Positions 40,233 to 49,101 of a DNA stretch of 64,000 bases are shown in pieces. The DNA is taken from contig JBAQNM010000007.1 in NCBI GenBank assembly GCA_049303795.1, positions 13,665 through 77,664 on the forward strand, read 5' to 3'. A model generated the notes under the pieces. It saw nothing but the letters and a program-made list of their open reading frames with translations, did not search any database and was not told where the DNA came from. The stretch is from Candidatus Moraniibacteriota bacterium (GTDB lineage: Bacteria > Patescibacteriota > Minisyncoccia > Moranbacterales > UBA2206). A program made the position numbers and the translations under genes. Position 1 is the first letter of the stretch. Every line of letters begins with the position of its first letter.

Positions 40233-41186
40233 TTATTTTTTAAAGTCTATATTCATCTTATCACCTCTTCGTGTCATTTTCAAATCTTTTGAAATTATAA
40301 CCTGGTTTTTGCCTTTAGTGCTACGTAAAGCCTTTAATATTTCAGTTATTTGCGAAAAATTAATTGGTCTATTGTTTTGATTTTTTTCACGAATGATTTT
40401 TTCTAAAACTCTTTTTTGAATTGCGACAGGAAGCTTTAGAATATTTTTAACCTCCAATCGACTGTTTTTATTCGAAGCTTGAAGCGTAGCTTGCTCAATT
40501 ACAATATAATCTTCCGCTAAAGACGTTGCAGCATTAGCAAGCACTTGTTTTATTTGCGGATTATACTCTCTTTCAATCAAAGGGATTAGTTTATTTCTGA
40601 TTTTATTTCTTAAAAATACAGATCGGGCATTGGTTTTGTCGATGCGATATTTTAGCTTCTCAGTTTTTAGATAGAGAAGAATCTCTTTTCGAGTAATATT
40701 TAATAGTGGACGGATGATATTATTATTCTTAAATTGCATTGCGGAGAGTCCGTTCATACCTGATCCGCGAATCAGACGCATTAAAAAGGTTTCCGCTTGA
40801 TCATCGAGATTATGTCCCACTGCGATTAGATCGAATTTATTTTCACTGCGTACTTTTTCAAAAAAGGCATAGCGGATATCACGCAATTTTTCTTCTAAAT
40901 TGTTTTTTTCTTTAATTTCTAAATCAAGGACTTTTAATGGTAAATTGTATTTTTTAGCTAAGTTTTCCACAAATTCTTTATCTTTCTTGCTATCGATTAC
41001 GCGAAGATTATAGTTGACATGTGCAATAATCAATCCTAGATTATATTTTGGTTTTAATTTTGAAAAAATATCAAGTAGTGCTGAGCTATCCGGTCCGCCG
41101 GAAATTCCCAAAACAATTTTAGCTTTTCTTTCAAAGAGAGAATTTTCAAAAATAGAGTTTTGGATTTTTTTGATTAAATTTTTCAT
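40233..41186 (-). CDS. tilS: tRNA(Ile)-lysidine synthetase TilS
   Basis: PP-loop ISGGPDSSAL and the TilS substrate-binding region. Confidence 0.85.
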   Translation of the reverse strand: MKNLIKKIQNSIFENSLFERKAKIVLGISGGPDSSALLDIFSKLKPKYNLGLIIAHVNYNLRVIDSKKDKEFVENLAKKYNLPLKVLDLEIKEKNNLEEKLRDIRYAFFEKVRSENKFDLIAVGHNLDDQAETFLMRLIRGSGMNGLSAMQFKNNNIIRPLLNITRKEILLYLKTEKLKYRIDKTNARSVFLRNKIRNKLIPLIEREYNPQIKQVLANAATSLAEDYIVIEQATLQASNKNSRLEVKNILKLPVAIQKRVLEKIIREKNQNNRPINFSQITEILKALRSTKGKNQVIISKDLKMTRRGDKMNIDFKK

Positions 41187-41211
41187 TACTTAAAACTTAA
41201 AGGCGTTCAGT

Positions 41212-41769
41212 CTACTTAATTTTTGCTTCAAGATGATTCCATACCTCGTTAAAGGCTTCTTCTTGGTTTAGATTGGTTGTATCAACCATTAAATCAAAAT
41301 TACTCTTATCCGAACAATTTTTCCCGTAATATTTTTGATAGCGCAGTGCATCGCTCGCTTCTCTTTCTGTGTGGCTTTTTAAGACATCTTCTACGCTTAA
41401 CAACGCATGATCTTCGTTGCGGTTATTATCTGATTGAAGTTCTTTAAATACCCTCTTGGCTCCTTCAAGAGGATTAACTGAAATATAAATTTTCAATGAA
41501 TGAGGGATTAGAAACCAACTAGTTCGGCCTTCGATTACAAAATTATTTTCTTTTTCACCAAGATTTTTTTGATAATCATCTACTTCGATGTCTGTTTCGG
41601 GATGAGTTTCTCCGTATTTATTATATTCTGCCAGGGTCATACCCTTTTTCTTTGCGGCATCTCTGCGAATCTGACCAATATAATAGTGTTTGTAATTCAA
41701 TTTCTGAGCTAATTTTTTGCCTATAGTACTCTTTCCACTACCGGGTTCTCCAGTGATAGTAATAATCAT
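41212..41769 (-). CDS. cmk: (d)CMP kinase (cytidylate kinase, family-2 type)
   Basis: P-loop ITGEPGSGKST with an NMP kinase fold. It lies immediately upstream of rpsA, the conserved cmk-rpsA arrangement. Confidence 0.6.
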   Translation of the reverse strand: MIITITGEPGSGKSTIGKKLAQKLNYKHYYIGQIRRDAAKKKGMTLAEYNKYGETHPETDIEVDDYQKNLGEKENNFVIEGRTSWFLIPHSLKIYISVNPLEGAKRVFKELQSDNNRNEDHALLSVEDVLKSHTEREASDALRYQKYYGKNCSDKSNFDLMVDTTNLNQEEAFNEVWNHLEAKIK

Positions 41770-41858
41770 ACGTTTTTTTTATTTTAATTTAAAAATTTAA
41801 AACAAAAAACCACAAGCATCTTAAATCCTGCGGTTTTTGTTTTTCGCAAAATCTAAGT

Positions 41859-43223
41859 TTATTCCTTAGTTGATTTCTTTTCTTTTTTTACAGCTTCTTT
41901 CTTTATTGTTTTCTTCTTGGTTTCTTTCTTTTCTTTTTTCTCAGTTTTTTCAGTCTTTTCTTCTTCGATTGAAGCTTCTTTTTTATCAGCAGTCTTCTTT
42001 TCTTTTTTTTCTGTTACCTTTTCTTCAGTTAAAACTAGCCCCATGCGATGATCTCTTGGTTCAACTGAAAGAATTTTCCAACTATAGTCTTCACCAATTT
42101 TAATAAGGTCATTAATATTTTTTCCAGGATGGCTTTCAAGCATTTCGCTAATATGAGCAAGTCCATGAATATCTTGATCTAGATAAACAAAAGCTCCAAA
42201 ATGATTAATCTTATGAACTTTTCCAGTAACCACATCGTTGACTTTATATTTTTCTGCAACTTCGCTCCAAGGATCACTTTGCAAAGCGCGAATAGAAAGA
42301 GAAATCTTGTCATTATCAATGCCAATAATTTTTGCATCTACTTTATCTCCAACCTTAACAATTACACGTGGATTTTCGATTAATTGCCAAGCTAATTCAG
42401 AAATATGAACTAATCCTTCTATCTTTTCTTCACCTTCTCCATCTTTACTTTTTTGTGAAAATTTAACAAAAGCACCGAAATCAACAACACCACTAATTTC
42501 TCCTGATATGACGTCACCAACTTTAAAGTTTGAGATTGCTTCTTTTTCTTTTTCACTTTGAGCAGCTTTTTCACTAGCAATTAATTTCTCAGCTTCTCTG
42601 TTAATATCTAAAATGCAAACTTCCAATTCTTTTCCAACCAACTTTTTGAGTAAATTGAGAATTTTATTCTTATCACCATCTTCTACTCGTGGGTAGTTTT
42701 GACTAGAAAGTTGAGAAACAGGAAGGAATCCAGCGATTCCATTAATTTCAATAAGAAGACCTCCTTTATTTGCGCTGATAACTTTGGTTTTAACCTTGTC
42801 TCCCGCATTTTTTTTGTTCTCAATATCTTCCCAGGCTTTTTCATATGAAGCTTCACGAATAGAAAGTTCAATATAACCATCTTCATTTTCTAATTCTGTT
42901 ACAGTAGCTGAAACCTTATCACCAATTTTCATTTTCTGAGTTCCCATACCATCCTTAATTTCTTTTCCCATAACAAGGCCAGTTCCAAATGGTCCTAAAT
43001 CAAGATATAATTCTCCAGAAGAAACCTCAATTACTTTTCCAATTAGCGTATCCCCTATTGTTGGAAATCCAATTGAATTTTCTGCTATTAATTTCTCCAT
43101 GGCAGACATAGGTTCTTCTTCTTTTGTTTCAGGTTGTGTGGTTTTTTTGGATTGTGTTGGACGGGTTTGTTTGTCAGTTAATTTGTCCACTTCAGTAGCT
43201 AATTTTGTCAATATATCACTCAT
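41859..43223 (-). CDS. rpsA: 30S ribosomal protein S1 (four S1 domains plus a Lys/Glu-rich C-terminal tail)
   Basis: Repeated S1-domain blocks (G.V.G.V..I..FGAFV..). cmk is upstream. Confidence 0.75.
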   Translation of the reverse strand: MSDILTKLATEVDKLTDKQTRPTQSKKTTQPETKEEEPMSAMEKLIAENSIGFPTIGDTLIGKVIEVSSGELYLDLGPFGTGLVMGKEIKDGMGTQKMKIGDKVSATVTELENEDGYIELSIREASYEKAWEDIENKKNAGDKVKTKVISANKGGLLIEINGIAGFLPVSQLSSQNYPRVEDGDKNKILNLLKKLVGKELEVCILDINREAEKLIASEKAAQSEKEKEAISNFKVGDVISGEISGVVDFGAFVKFSQKSKDGEGEEKIEGLVHISELAWQLIENPRVIVKVGDKVDAKIIGIDNDKISLSIRALQSDPWSEVAEKYKVNDVVTGKVHKINHFGAFVYLDQDIHGLAHISEMLESHPGKNINDLIKIGEDYSWKILSVEPRDHRMGLVLTEEKVTEKKEKKTADKKEASIEEEKTEKTEKKEKKETKKKTIKKEAVKKEKKSTKE

Positions 43224-43572
43224 TTAATTAATTTTTGCAGTGGGCATATCACTACTTAATAATTATTATGCCAAGTCTATTATAAAAATAAAAAACTTCT
43301 TAAAAAGAAGTAAATATTAAGCTATGCCATTACGGCAAATTAAAAGGAAATTAAAGCATTTCCCTATTCAATTTTCTTAATAATTAATTCTTATATCAAT
43401 CTAGCAGATTAATTTGATTTTGGCAAGTTCTCTGGCTTAATAAATATCTTTATGCCAGTAGCCGAGCTCATATCCCATTTCCTAGTGATAAGCCGACTTT
43501 GTTTATTTATCCAAGGGATTTTAGCTGGTTAGTCCTTTATAATGGCTTATGCATTGGTTTATAATCAGAATT

Positions 43573-43648
43573 TGGTGGACCTGAGGAGACTCGAACTCCT
43601 TACCTCTTCCATGCCATGGAAGCGCTCTACCAGATGAGCTACAGGCCC
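43573..43648 (-). tRNA. tRNA-Ala (anticodon GGC) with encoded CCA
   Basis: The reverse complement is GGGCCTGTAGCTCATCTGGTAGAGCGCTTCCATGGCATGGAAGAGGTAAGGAGTTCGAGTCTCCTCAGGTCCACCA, with a G3:U70 pair. Confidence 0.85.
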
Positions 43649-43777
43649 GAATAAGCTAAATAAAAATTAAGCAACGAATTAATAATAACAGTTAGAAAAA
43701 TATAGTCAATTTGTGATTTGCGAGTAAAAGCAAAAAATATTACACTATAAGTAGTTGATTAGTCGAATTATATTCTT

Positions 43778-45565
43778 ATGATTAAATCGATATTAAGGAA
43801 TATCTGGAATTCAATTCAAAAACAGCCATTAGATATCTGGTTTTTTTGTTTATTTTTATTGACTTTTACGCTTAGTGTGAGAAAAGTAGTGTTATACTTT
43901 CCCATAAAAGGAACTCTGAATGAATATGCCGGCATATATGTTTATATGTCCGATGTATTTCTTTTTTTGGCGATCTTCGCTTGGTCGCTGATTATATTAT
44001 GCAATAAAAGAAGACAGCTGTCAATAGACAGTACTAGTATCTATAGACTTATCCACAGGATGTTCAAGAAAAATAGCATGGAAGAATTAGATAATCAGGG
44101 GTTATCCACAGAAGAAAAAGGCTATTTTAAAGTATTAATTTGTAATTTTAATAAAATGTTCCACGTGGAACATTTTCGAAGAAGGTTTAATTTAAAATGT
44201 TCCACGTGGAACAATAGACAGGACATTGTAATATTTGCTATTCCCCTTTTCTTTCTTTTTTGGTCTTTTTTCTCTATGTATTGGTCTGAAAATAAAGTCA
44301 TTAGTCTTTATCGCTCGTTTAAATTTTTAGAGGCATATCTTTTATTTTTGTATGTAGCATTTAGAATTGTTCCACGTGGAACATTTTTAGATGATAACGA
44401 TGGTAATAAGGATATAGTTAAAAAAGTAATTCCTTATTTTAAAGCTATTTTATTTGGTCTTATATTTATCACGTTGTTTGATCATTATTTGTGGGATATT
44501 TGGCAAGGTCAGGTTTTATTTTGGATTGCTTGTGGTTTATTGGTCGGTTTTGAGTTTTGTACCAGGAATGGTAGTAATTTTTTAGTTTGTAAGGGATATA
44601 AGCAATCAAATGAAGATCAGGTTAGTGTGAAAACTAATAATGTTCCACGTGGAACATCTACTATTATGAAGTCTTTTTTTGTTATAATCATAGGGGTTGG
44701 TTTTATTCAAGCACTAATTGGTATTTTGCAATTTATTTTAACACATTCTATTGGACTTTTCTGGCTAAAAGAGAGTCAAATTAGTCCGCATATTGCTGGT
44801 GTTGCTAAGATAATTTTTAATGATGATGTTTTTATTCGTGCCTATGGCTTATTTCCACATCCAAACATATTAGGTGGATTTCTTGTTTTCTCAATAATAA
44901 TTACTACTTTATATTTAAAAATGTTCCACGTGGAACATTTGAACAATAAATTACTTAAAAAATGTTCCACGTGGAACATTTTAAACAAAAAAGAATTTAA
45001 TAATGTTCCACGTGGAACATTTAGTATTTTTATTGATCTGATAAAATTTAATTATTTAAATGTTATTTTAGTAGCTCAATTCGTTGCTATTTTATTGAGT
45101 TTTTCTAAGTCAGCCATACTAGCTTTGATTATTGCATTTTTATATATCTATGTTCCACGTGGAACATCTTCCGTGGGTATGTTAAGAAAAATGTTCCACG
45201 TGGAACATTTTAAATTAAAAATTTCAATCCTAGCCGTGTTTATTTCTGGTGTTGTTTTCTTGAGTCTTAATTATGAAGCATATTTAATTAAATCAACAAA
45301 GGAAAGGATGGATTACATCGCTATTTCTTGGCAAATAATATCAAGCAATCCAATTATAGGTGTTGGCACTGGACAATATATAATAAACGCTGAAATAATA
45401 AATCCAAATTTAGCTTATTGGCAATATCAGCCTGTGCATAATGTTTTTCTTTTTATTTGGAGTGAATTGGGGATTGTTGGATTGGTTTTGTTTATTTTAT
45501 TTTTGTGGAAACTATTTCATCTCAATGAGGTTGAGAATGTTCCACGTGGAACATTTAAGGAATAG
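43778..45565 (+). CDS. O-antigen ligase family (Wzy_C-like) polytopic membrane protein carrying ten in-frame palindromic-repeat insertions
   Basis: 595-aa continuous ORF. The C-terminal region (NPIIGVGTGQYIINAEI..QPVHNVFLFIWSELGIVGLVLFILF) is paralogous to the Wzy_C ORF at 1..617. The interspersed peptides MFHVEH, NVPRGT and CSTWN are the same DNA palindrome read in three frames. Confidence 0.55.
   Translation: MIKSILRNIWNSIQKQPLDIWFFCLFLLTFTLSVRKVVLYFPIKGTLNEYAGIYVYMSDVFLFLAIFAWSLIILCNKRRQLSIDSTSIYRLIHRMFKKNSMEELDNQGLSTEEKGYFKVLICNFNKMFHVEHFRRRFNLKCSTWNNRQDIVIFAIPLFFLFWSFFSMYWSENKVISLYRSFKFLEAYLLFLYVAFRIVPRGTFLDDNDGNKDIVKKVIPYFKAILFGLIFITLFDHYLWDIWQGQVLFWIACGLLVGFEFCTRNGSNFLVCKGYKQSNEDQVSVKTNNVPRGTSTIMKSFFVIIIGVGFIQALIGILQFILTHSIGLFWLKESQISPHIAGVAKIIFNDDVFIRAYGLFPHPNILGGFLVFSIIITTLYLKMFHVEHLNNKLLKKCSTWNILNKKEFNNVPRGTFSIFIDLIKFNYLNVILVAQFVAILLSFSKSAILALIIAFLYIYVPRGTSSVGMLRKMFHVEHFKLKISILAVFISGVVFLSLNYEAYLIKSTKERMDYIAISWQIISSNPIIGVGTGQYIINAEIINPNLAYWQYQPVHNVFLFIWSELGIVGLVLFILFLWKLFHLNEVENVPRGTFKE
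44166..45554. repeat. Cluster of 10 copies of the perfect palindrome (A)TGTTCCACGTGGAACA(T). Copies are at 44166, 44207, 44368, 44640, 44921, 44962, 45003, 45150, 45191 and 45537. Sub-arrays have an exact 41-bp period and unique 23-bp spacers.
   Basis: Read directly from the sequence. The core is a 16-bp perfect palindrome, extended to 22-24 bp (AAAATGTTCCACGTGGAACATTTT) in several copies. It contains no stop codon in any of six frames. It was not seen elsewhere in the window. Confidence 0.9.
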
Positions 45566-45695
45566 TAGCATTATATTAAACAATAATTATGTATTTTTGT
45601 CAAATAGAACGCATTGAATTCTATTCTGAAGTGCAATTTTTTGTTGAAAAGATTAAAAACTGCTATTATTGAAATAATAAATAAATTATAATATC

Positions 45696-46100
45696 GTGGA
45701 AAAAGAACTATTTACAAAATCAATAATTAAAGAAAGAGAGCCTAATGAAAAAAGAATCTCAGTAATGTCAAGGCACACAAAAGAAGATGGCGTAACTCCC
45801 GATGAAAGAATAATAGAAAGAGTTACTTTTGATGAATGGCAAAAAGATTTCGCCCCTCCTGAAAAATTAGTCGGGGCTTATTATAGAAAGGAAATATTAT
45901 GGGAAGAATTTGAAAGAAAATATTTTGAATTTTTACGAAGTGACAAAATAAAACCAAAAGTTGAAGATTTTGCCAAGAGGTGTATTGAAGAAGTTATCAC
46001 ACTGATGTGTATTGAAGACACTGCTGATAAATGCCATCGTCGTCTGTTGGCCGAAGAATTACAAAGATACCAACCGCATTTAAAGATTATTCATAAATAA
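45696..46100 (+). CDS. DUF488 (YeaO-like) family protein
   Basis: 134 aa with the C-terminal DKCHRRLLAEEL motif characteristic of DUF488. Confidence 0.55.
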   Translation: MEKELFTKSIIKEREPNEKRISVMSRHTKEDGVTPDERIIERVTFDEWQKDFAPPEKLVGAYYRKEILWEEFERKYFEFLRSDKIKPKVEDFAKRCIEEVITLMCIEDTADKCHRRLLAEELQRYQPHLKIIHK

Positions 46101-46111
46101 ACACTAATACT

Positions 46112-46423
46112 ATGGAATTTAGAGAATTGCAAGAAAAAGTGGTTGCCAACGCTATGAGCTATGGCAAAAAATGTAACATTGAAATTGATGAGGATTTTGC
46201 ATTACTAAAATTATATGAAGAAGTGGGGGAGTTTGCTCAGGCAGTTTTAATTCATAGGAAAAAAAGTCGACCGGAAAAGCATATCTCAGAGGAACTTTCC
46301 AGAATAGAGCTAGGAAAAGAATTAGCAGATGTTGTTGGTATGGCAATTGTTAATGCGCATCTTTTTGGAATTGATTTGGAGGAGGCGATTGACAGGAAAT
46401 GGATTAATAGGTTGAAAAAATAA
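46112..46423 (+). CDS. MazG-like nucleoside triphosphate pyrophosphohydrolase (small all-alpha NTP-PPase)
   Basis: LYEEVGEFAQAVL plus ELADVVGMAIVNAHLFGIDLEEAIDRKW is the typical EExxE...D metal-binding pattern of the MazG/HisE fold. Confidence 0.65.
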   Translation: MEFRELQEKVVANAMSYGKKCNIEIDEDFALLKLYEEVGEFAQAVLIHRKKSRPEKHISEELSRIELGKELADVVGMAIVNAHLFGIDLEEAIDRKWINRLKK

Positions 46424-46507
46424 TTTTAAAATTATTAAAAAAATAGCCCGCAAGGTTTTTATTCCTAGGCGGGCATGGGGTTATTTTACTGTTTTTTTGA
46501 AATTTTC

Positions 46508-46792
46508 TTATGGAACTATATTCTCGAAAGAGGGGAAACCCTTTTCGCGCCACCATTCTTGAGATAATATTTCAATTCCATTTTCGGGCGGATTATTCTT
46601 AGTTGCCGCCCTTGCCCTTTCTTTAAGTTTTTCCAGTTTTTGATTTACCCGGAAAAACAAAGCGCTATTCCCTGGTGTTCCACAAAGATCCATTAATTCT
46701 CTTGAAAAAAAGAGATGATCCAGGAAGTCTGCATAAATCTTTGCCAATTCTACACTAATTTTTTTTTCCATAACCCCCCCTGAAAAGAACAA
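46508..46792 (-). CDS. Hypothetical protein
   Basis: 94-aa ORF with no motif. It is not AT-skewed like spurious ORFs. Weak call. Confidence 0.3.
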   Translation of the reverse strand: MFFSGGVMEKKISVELAKIYADFLDHLFFSRELMDLCGTPGNSALFFRVNQKLEKLKERARAATKNNPPENGIEILSQEWWREKGFPSFENIVP

Positions 46793-46898
46793 TTTAAGGT
46801 TAATAAGTCCCTGATGTATTAAATGTGAATATTGGTTAGTTTAAAACAGGCTAGCAAATAATTATGGTTTTGTCTAGTTTTTGTTTAGAAAAATTTTC

Positions 46899-47005
46899 TT
46901 ATAAAACGGTAGTAGAAGCCACCTTATCTCCGGCTTGTGGTTTCATCACGCGAACACCTTGATTTGCGCGACTGAGAGAGGTCTTTTTAGTGGAATGCAA
47001 ATGAT
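46899..47005 (-). repeat. Decayed duplicate of the gyrA 3' end (last ~35 codons plus the stop). It is the direct repeat partner of 51568..51675.
   Basis: About 80% nucleotide identity to the 3' end of gyrA, beginning exactly at the TAA stop. It would translate to ..[26 protein letters not shown], versus ..[26 protein letters not shown] for genuine GyrA. Confidence 0.8.
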
Positions 47006-47260
47006 TTAGAGGTGAAAAATAAATTGATCTCAGTATTATTAATAATATTAGTATTAACTATTTTTTTGGCTTTTAGGGGGTTAATAATTTTTAAAAATAA
47101 TTATACTATTTGACTAAGATATTAAAATAATCTAAAATGACGGCATAAGTCGTCGTTTTTTATTTGGCATAATTTTGCTTAATATAAAGTATTTTTAAGT
47201 TAGTCAATATAATAAATGACGAACTGTATTGATAAATTTAATTATTAAGAGTATAGTGCT

Positions 47261-48046
47261 ATGTTAAACGAAAACCAAAGAGCTAAAATAAAATCTGCTC
47301 TTTTACAATTAAATATGACAGAAAAAGAGATTGCTGTTTATATTTCAGTCCTGCAATTAGGGGAGTCTAGTATTCCAACTCTGTCCAAGGAAACCGGTTT
47401 TAGCCGGGGGACTGTCTACGATTTGGTAGAAAAGCTAAAAAACGGAGGATTTTTAGCGGAGATTAAAAAAGGCAAAAAAAGACGTTTCGTGCCGGAAAGT
47501 CCAACTAATAAATTATATAAAATTTTGGACGGAAAGCATGATCAACTTAAGAAAATGCAACACGAAGTCGATGAAGTTTTGCCAATTTTGCGTTCGATTA
47601 ATGCCAAAGAGGATTTCAAACCGCAAATACGAACCTATTTTGGAGAAAAAGGCTTTCGCCAAGTTTGGGATGAAATTTTTTCCTATGAAGGTAAAAATTT
47701 TTTGAGCATCGCGCGGATAGAAACATTCATTGCTTTTGCCGGAGAAGAATTTTTAGATGAAATTCTTTCTAGAAAAAAGAAGCTTGGATTTGTTAGTCGC
47801 GCAATCAACGAAGATTCACTTTTGGCTCAGAATATGCAAAACAAAGATACACAAGAAAACCGAGAGACACGACTCGTGCCAAAAGATTTTACATTCCCCT
47901 CAACAGAGATAATTTTCGGCGATAAAATTGCAATGTTCTCAACTGACAAAGAAAATATAATTCTTCTTGTTGAAAGCAAGGATTTCGCCGAAACTCATAG
48001 GGCATATTTTGAAATGATGTGGAAGTTTTTGGAAAAGTCCGTTTAA
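47261..48046 (+). CDS. TrmB-like HTH transcriptional regulator, paralog 2 of 4
   Basis: wHTH MTEKEIAVYISVLQLGESSIPTLSKETGFSRGTVYDLVEKLKNGGF plus a C-terminal domain of about 170 aa. Confidence 0.6.
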   Translation: MLNENQRAKIKSALLQLNMTEKEIAVYISVLQLGESSIPTLSKETGFSRGTVYDLVEKLKNGGFLAEIKKGKKRRFVPESPTNKLYKILDGKHDQLKKMQHEVDEVLPILRSINAKEDFKPQIRTYFGEKGFRQVWDEIFSYEGKNFLSIARIETFIAFAGEEFLDEILSRKKKLGFVSRAINEDSLLAQNMQNKDTQENRETRLVPKDFTFPSTEIIFGDKIAMFSTDKENIILLVESKDFAETHRAYFEMMWKFLEKSV

Positions 48047-48110
48047 TAGATTGTAGAGTTGCAAATCTGGGGAGCTATAAAAAAATTAAAAACACAAATA
48101 GGAGACTAAA

Positions 48111-48431
48111 ATGAGAAGATATAAAATAGCAGAAAGACCAGATAGGCTTTTGTTATCAAGTGCTCTCTTGCTAGATACTTTTGAAAAAAGAATTACTGCT
48201 ATCGTGAGAGTGGAATATGGTTGGTTTGATATCACAGTGTCTTTAATCAGGAGAAGTAATAAAAAATTAATTATTGAAGGATATCTGGTAGGTGGGTATG
48301 TCTATGGTAGTTATGATATAGACAGGGAAAAAGAATCCACCTACATCATAACAATTGAACCTTATCCCTGGGATGAATCTTCCGGCGAGCTTAAAGAGAA
48401 AAACAAATCTTATATCGAAATCGAAGACTAA
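48111..48431 (+). CDS. Hypothetical small protein
   Basis: 106-aa ORF inside the island. No motif. Confidence 0.35.
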   Translation: MRRYKIAERPDRLLLSSALLLDTFEKRITAIVRVEYGWFDITVSLIRRSNKKLIIEGYLVGGYVYGSYDIDREKESTYIITIEPYPWDESSGELKEKNKSYIEIED

Positions 48432-48452
48432 ATTAATAAAAAGGAGATAGAA

Positions 48453-48875
48453 ATGAAAAAACTAATTAAAGTCTTGATTATTGATGAAGATCAGCGTCAA
48501 CTCGATAATTTATCTTTATTTCCTGGTTTGGAAATAAAAATAAATAGTTCTATGGAATATGGAATTAAAGAAAATTTTTCGAAATTTGATTTCATATTGA
48601 TAGGGCTGTCAAATAATTCTCTTAGTGGGTTAACGCTACTAAGAAGATTAAAAAAATTTAATTGGAGGTTTGCGCAAAAAAGACGAACTAAAAAGATAGT
48701 AATTATGAGTGAATTCGAAAAAATTGATTTCAACCTTGAGGAGTTTTATTGTCTGGTGGAAAGTTCGCTTTTTTGTTGGATGGAAAACTTTAAGTTTAAA
48801 GAAAACTACTATTTTTCTAAAGGCGACTTGAGAAAACCCTATAATGGAGTCTTGAGCTCCTTGCTTAAGTTATAA
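48453..48875 (+). CDS. Hypothetical protein, weakly receiver-domain-like
   Basis: 140 aa. KVLIIDEDQ...FDFILIGL resembles the start of a CheY-like receiver, but the motifs are incomplete. Confidence 0.3.
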   Translation: MKKLIKVLIIDEDQRQLDNLSLFPGLEIKINSSMEYGIKENFSKFDFILIGLSNNSLSGLTLLRRLKKFNWRFAQKRRTKKIVIMSEFEKIDFNLEEFYCLVESSLFCWMENFKFKENYYFSKGDLRKPYNGVLSSLLKL

Positions 48876-48885
48876 AGGAGAAAAA

Positions 48886-49101
48886 ATGAGCCAGAAAAAG
48901 ACAGAAGATTATCTTGAACTTTTAGAATTTCTTCTTCTGAAAATGGCTCATATTTCTATTGAGCCCGAAGAAGGAAGCCTCAGTCAAATTGTTGAAAGAT
49001 GTAAGAAATGTTCAGAGAAACTTAATCAAATCATTAATGCTCTTGAAGCATTAAATGGTTTTTCTTTTTTGCTTAACAAAAATATGGAGGTAGAAAAATG
49101 A
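48886..49101 (+). CDS. Small ORF (71 aa) translationally coupled (ATGA overlap) to the radical SAM gene. It is a candidate precursor or partner peptide.
   Basis: AT-rich ORF ending in ..NKNMEVEK. Its stop overlaps the ATG of ORF 49098. Confidence 0.3.
   Translation: MSQKKTEDYLELLEFLLLKMAHISIEPEEGSLSQIVERCKKCSEKLNQIINALEALNGFSFLLNKNMEVEK

Noticed and set aside
44166-45554. Palindromic repeat cluster as a CRISPR array
   Set aside because: The repeats are only 18-24 bp and the spacers 23 bp. Spacing is regular only within two- or three-copy sub-arrays. The whole cluster lies inside a continuous ORF and no cas genes are nearby. It is reported as a novel intragenic palindromic repeat instead.
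47110-47139. TTGACT-17-TAAAAT promoter-like hexamers upstream of TrmB-like paralog 2
   Set aside because: It is plausible, but it lies about 120 nt from the start codon in very AT-rich DNA where such hexamers occur by chance. It is not reported as a feature.
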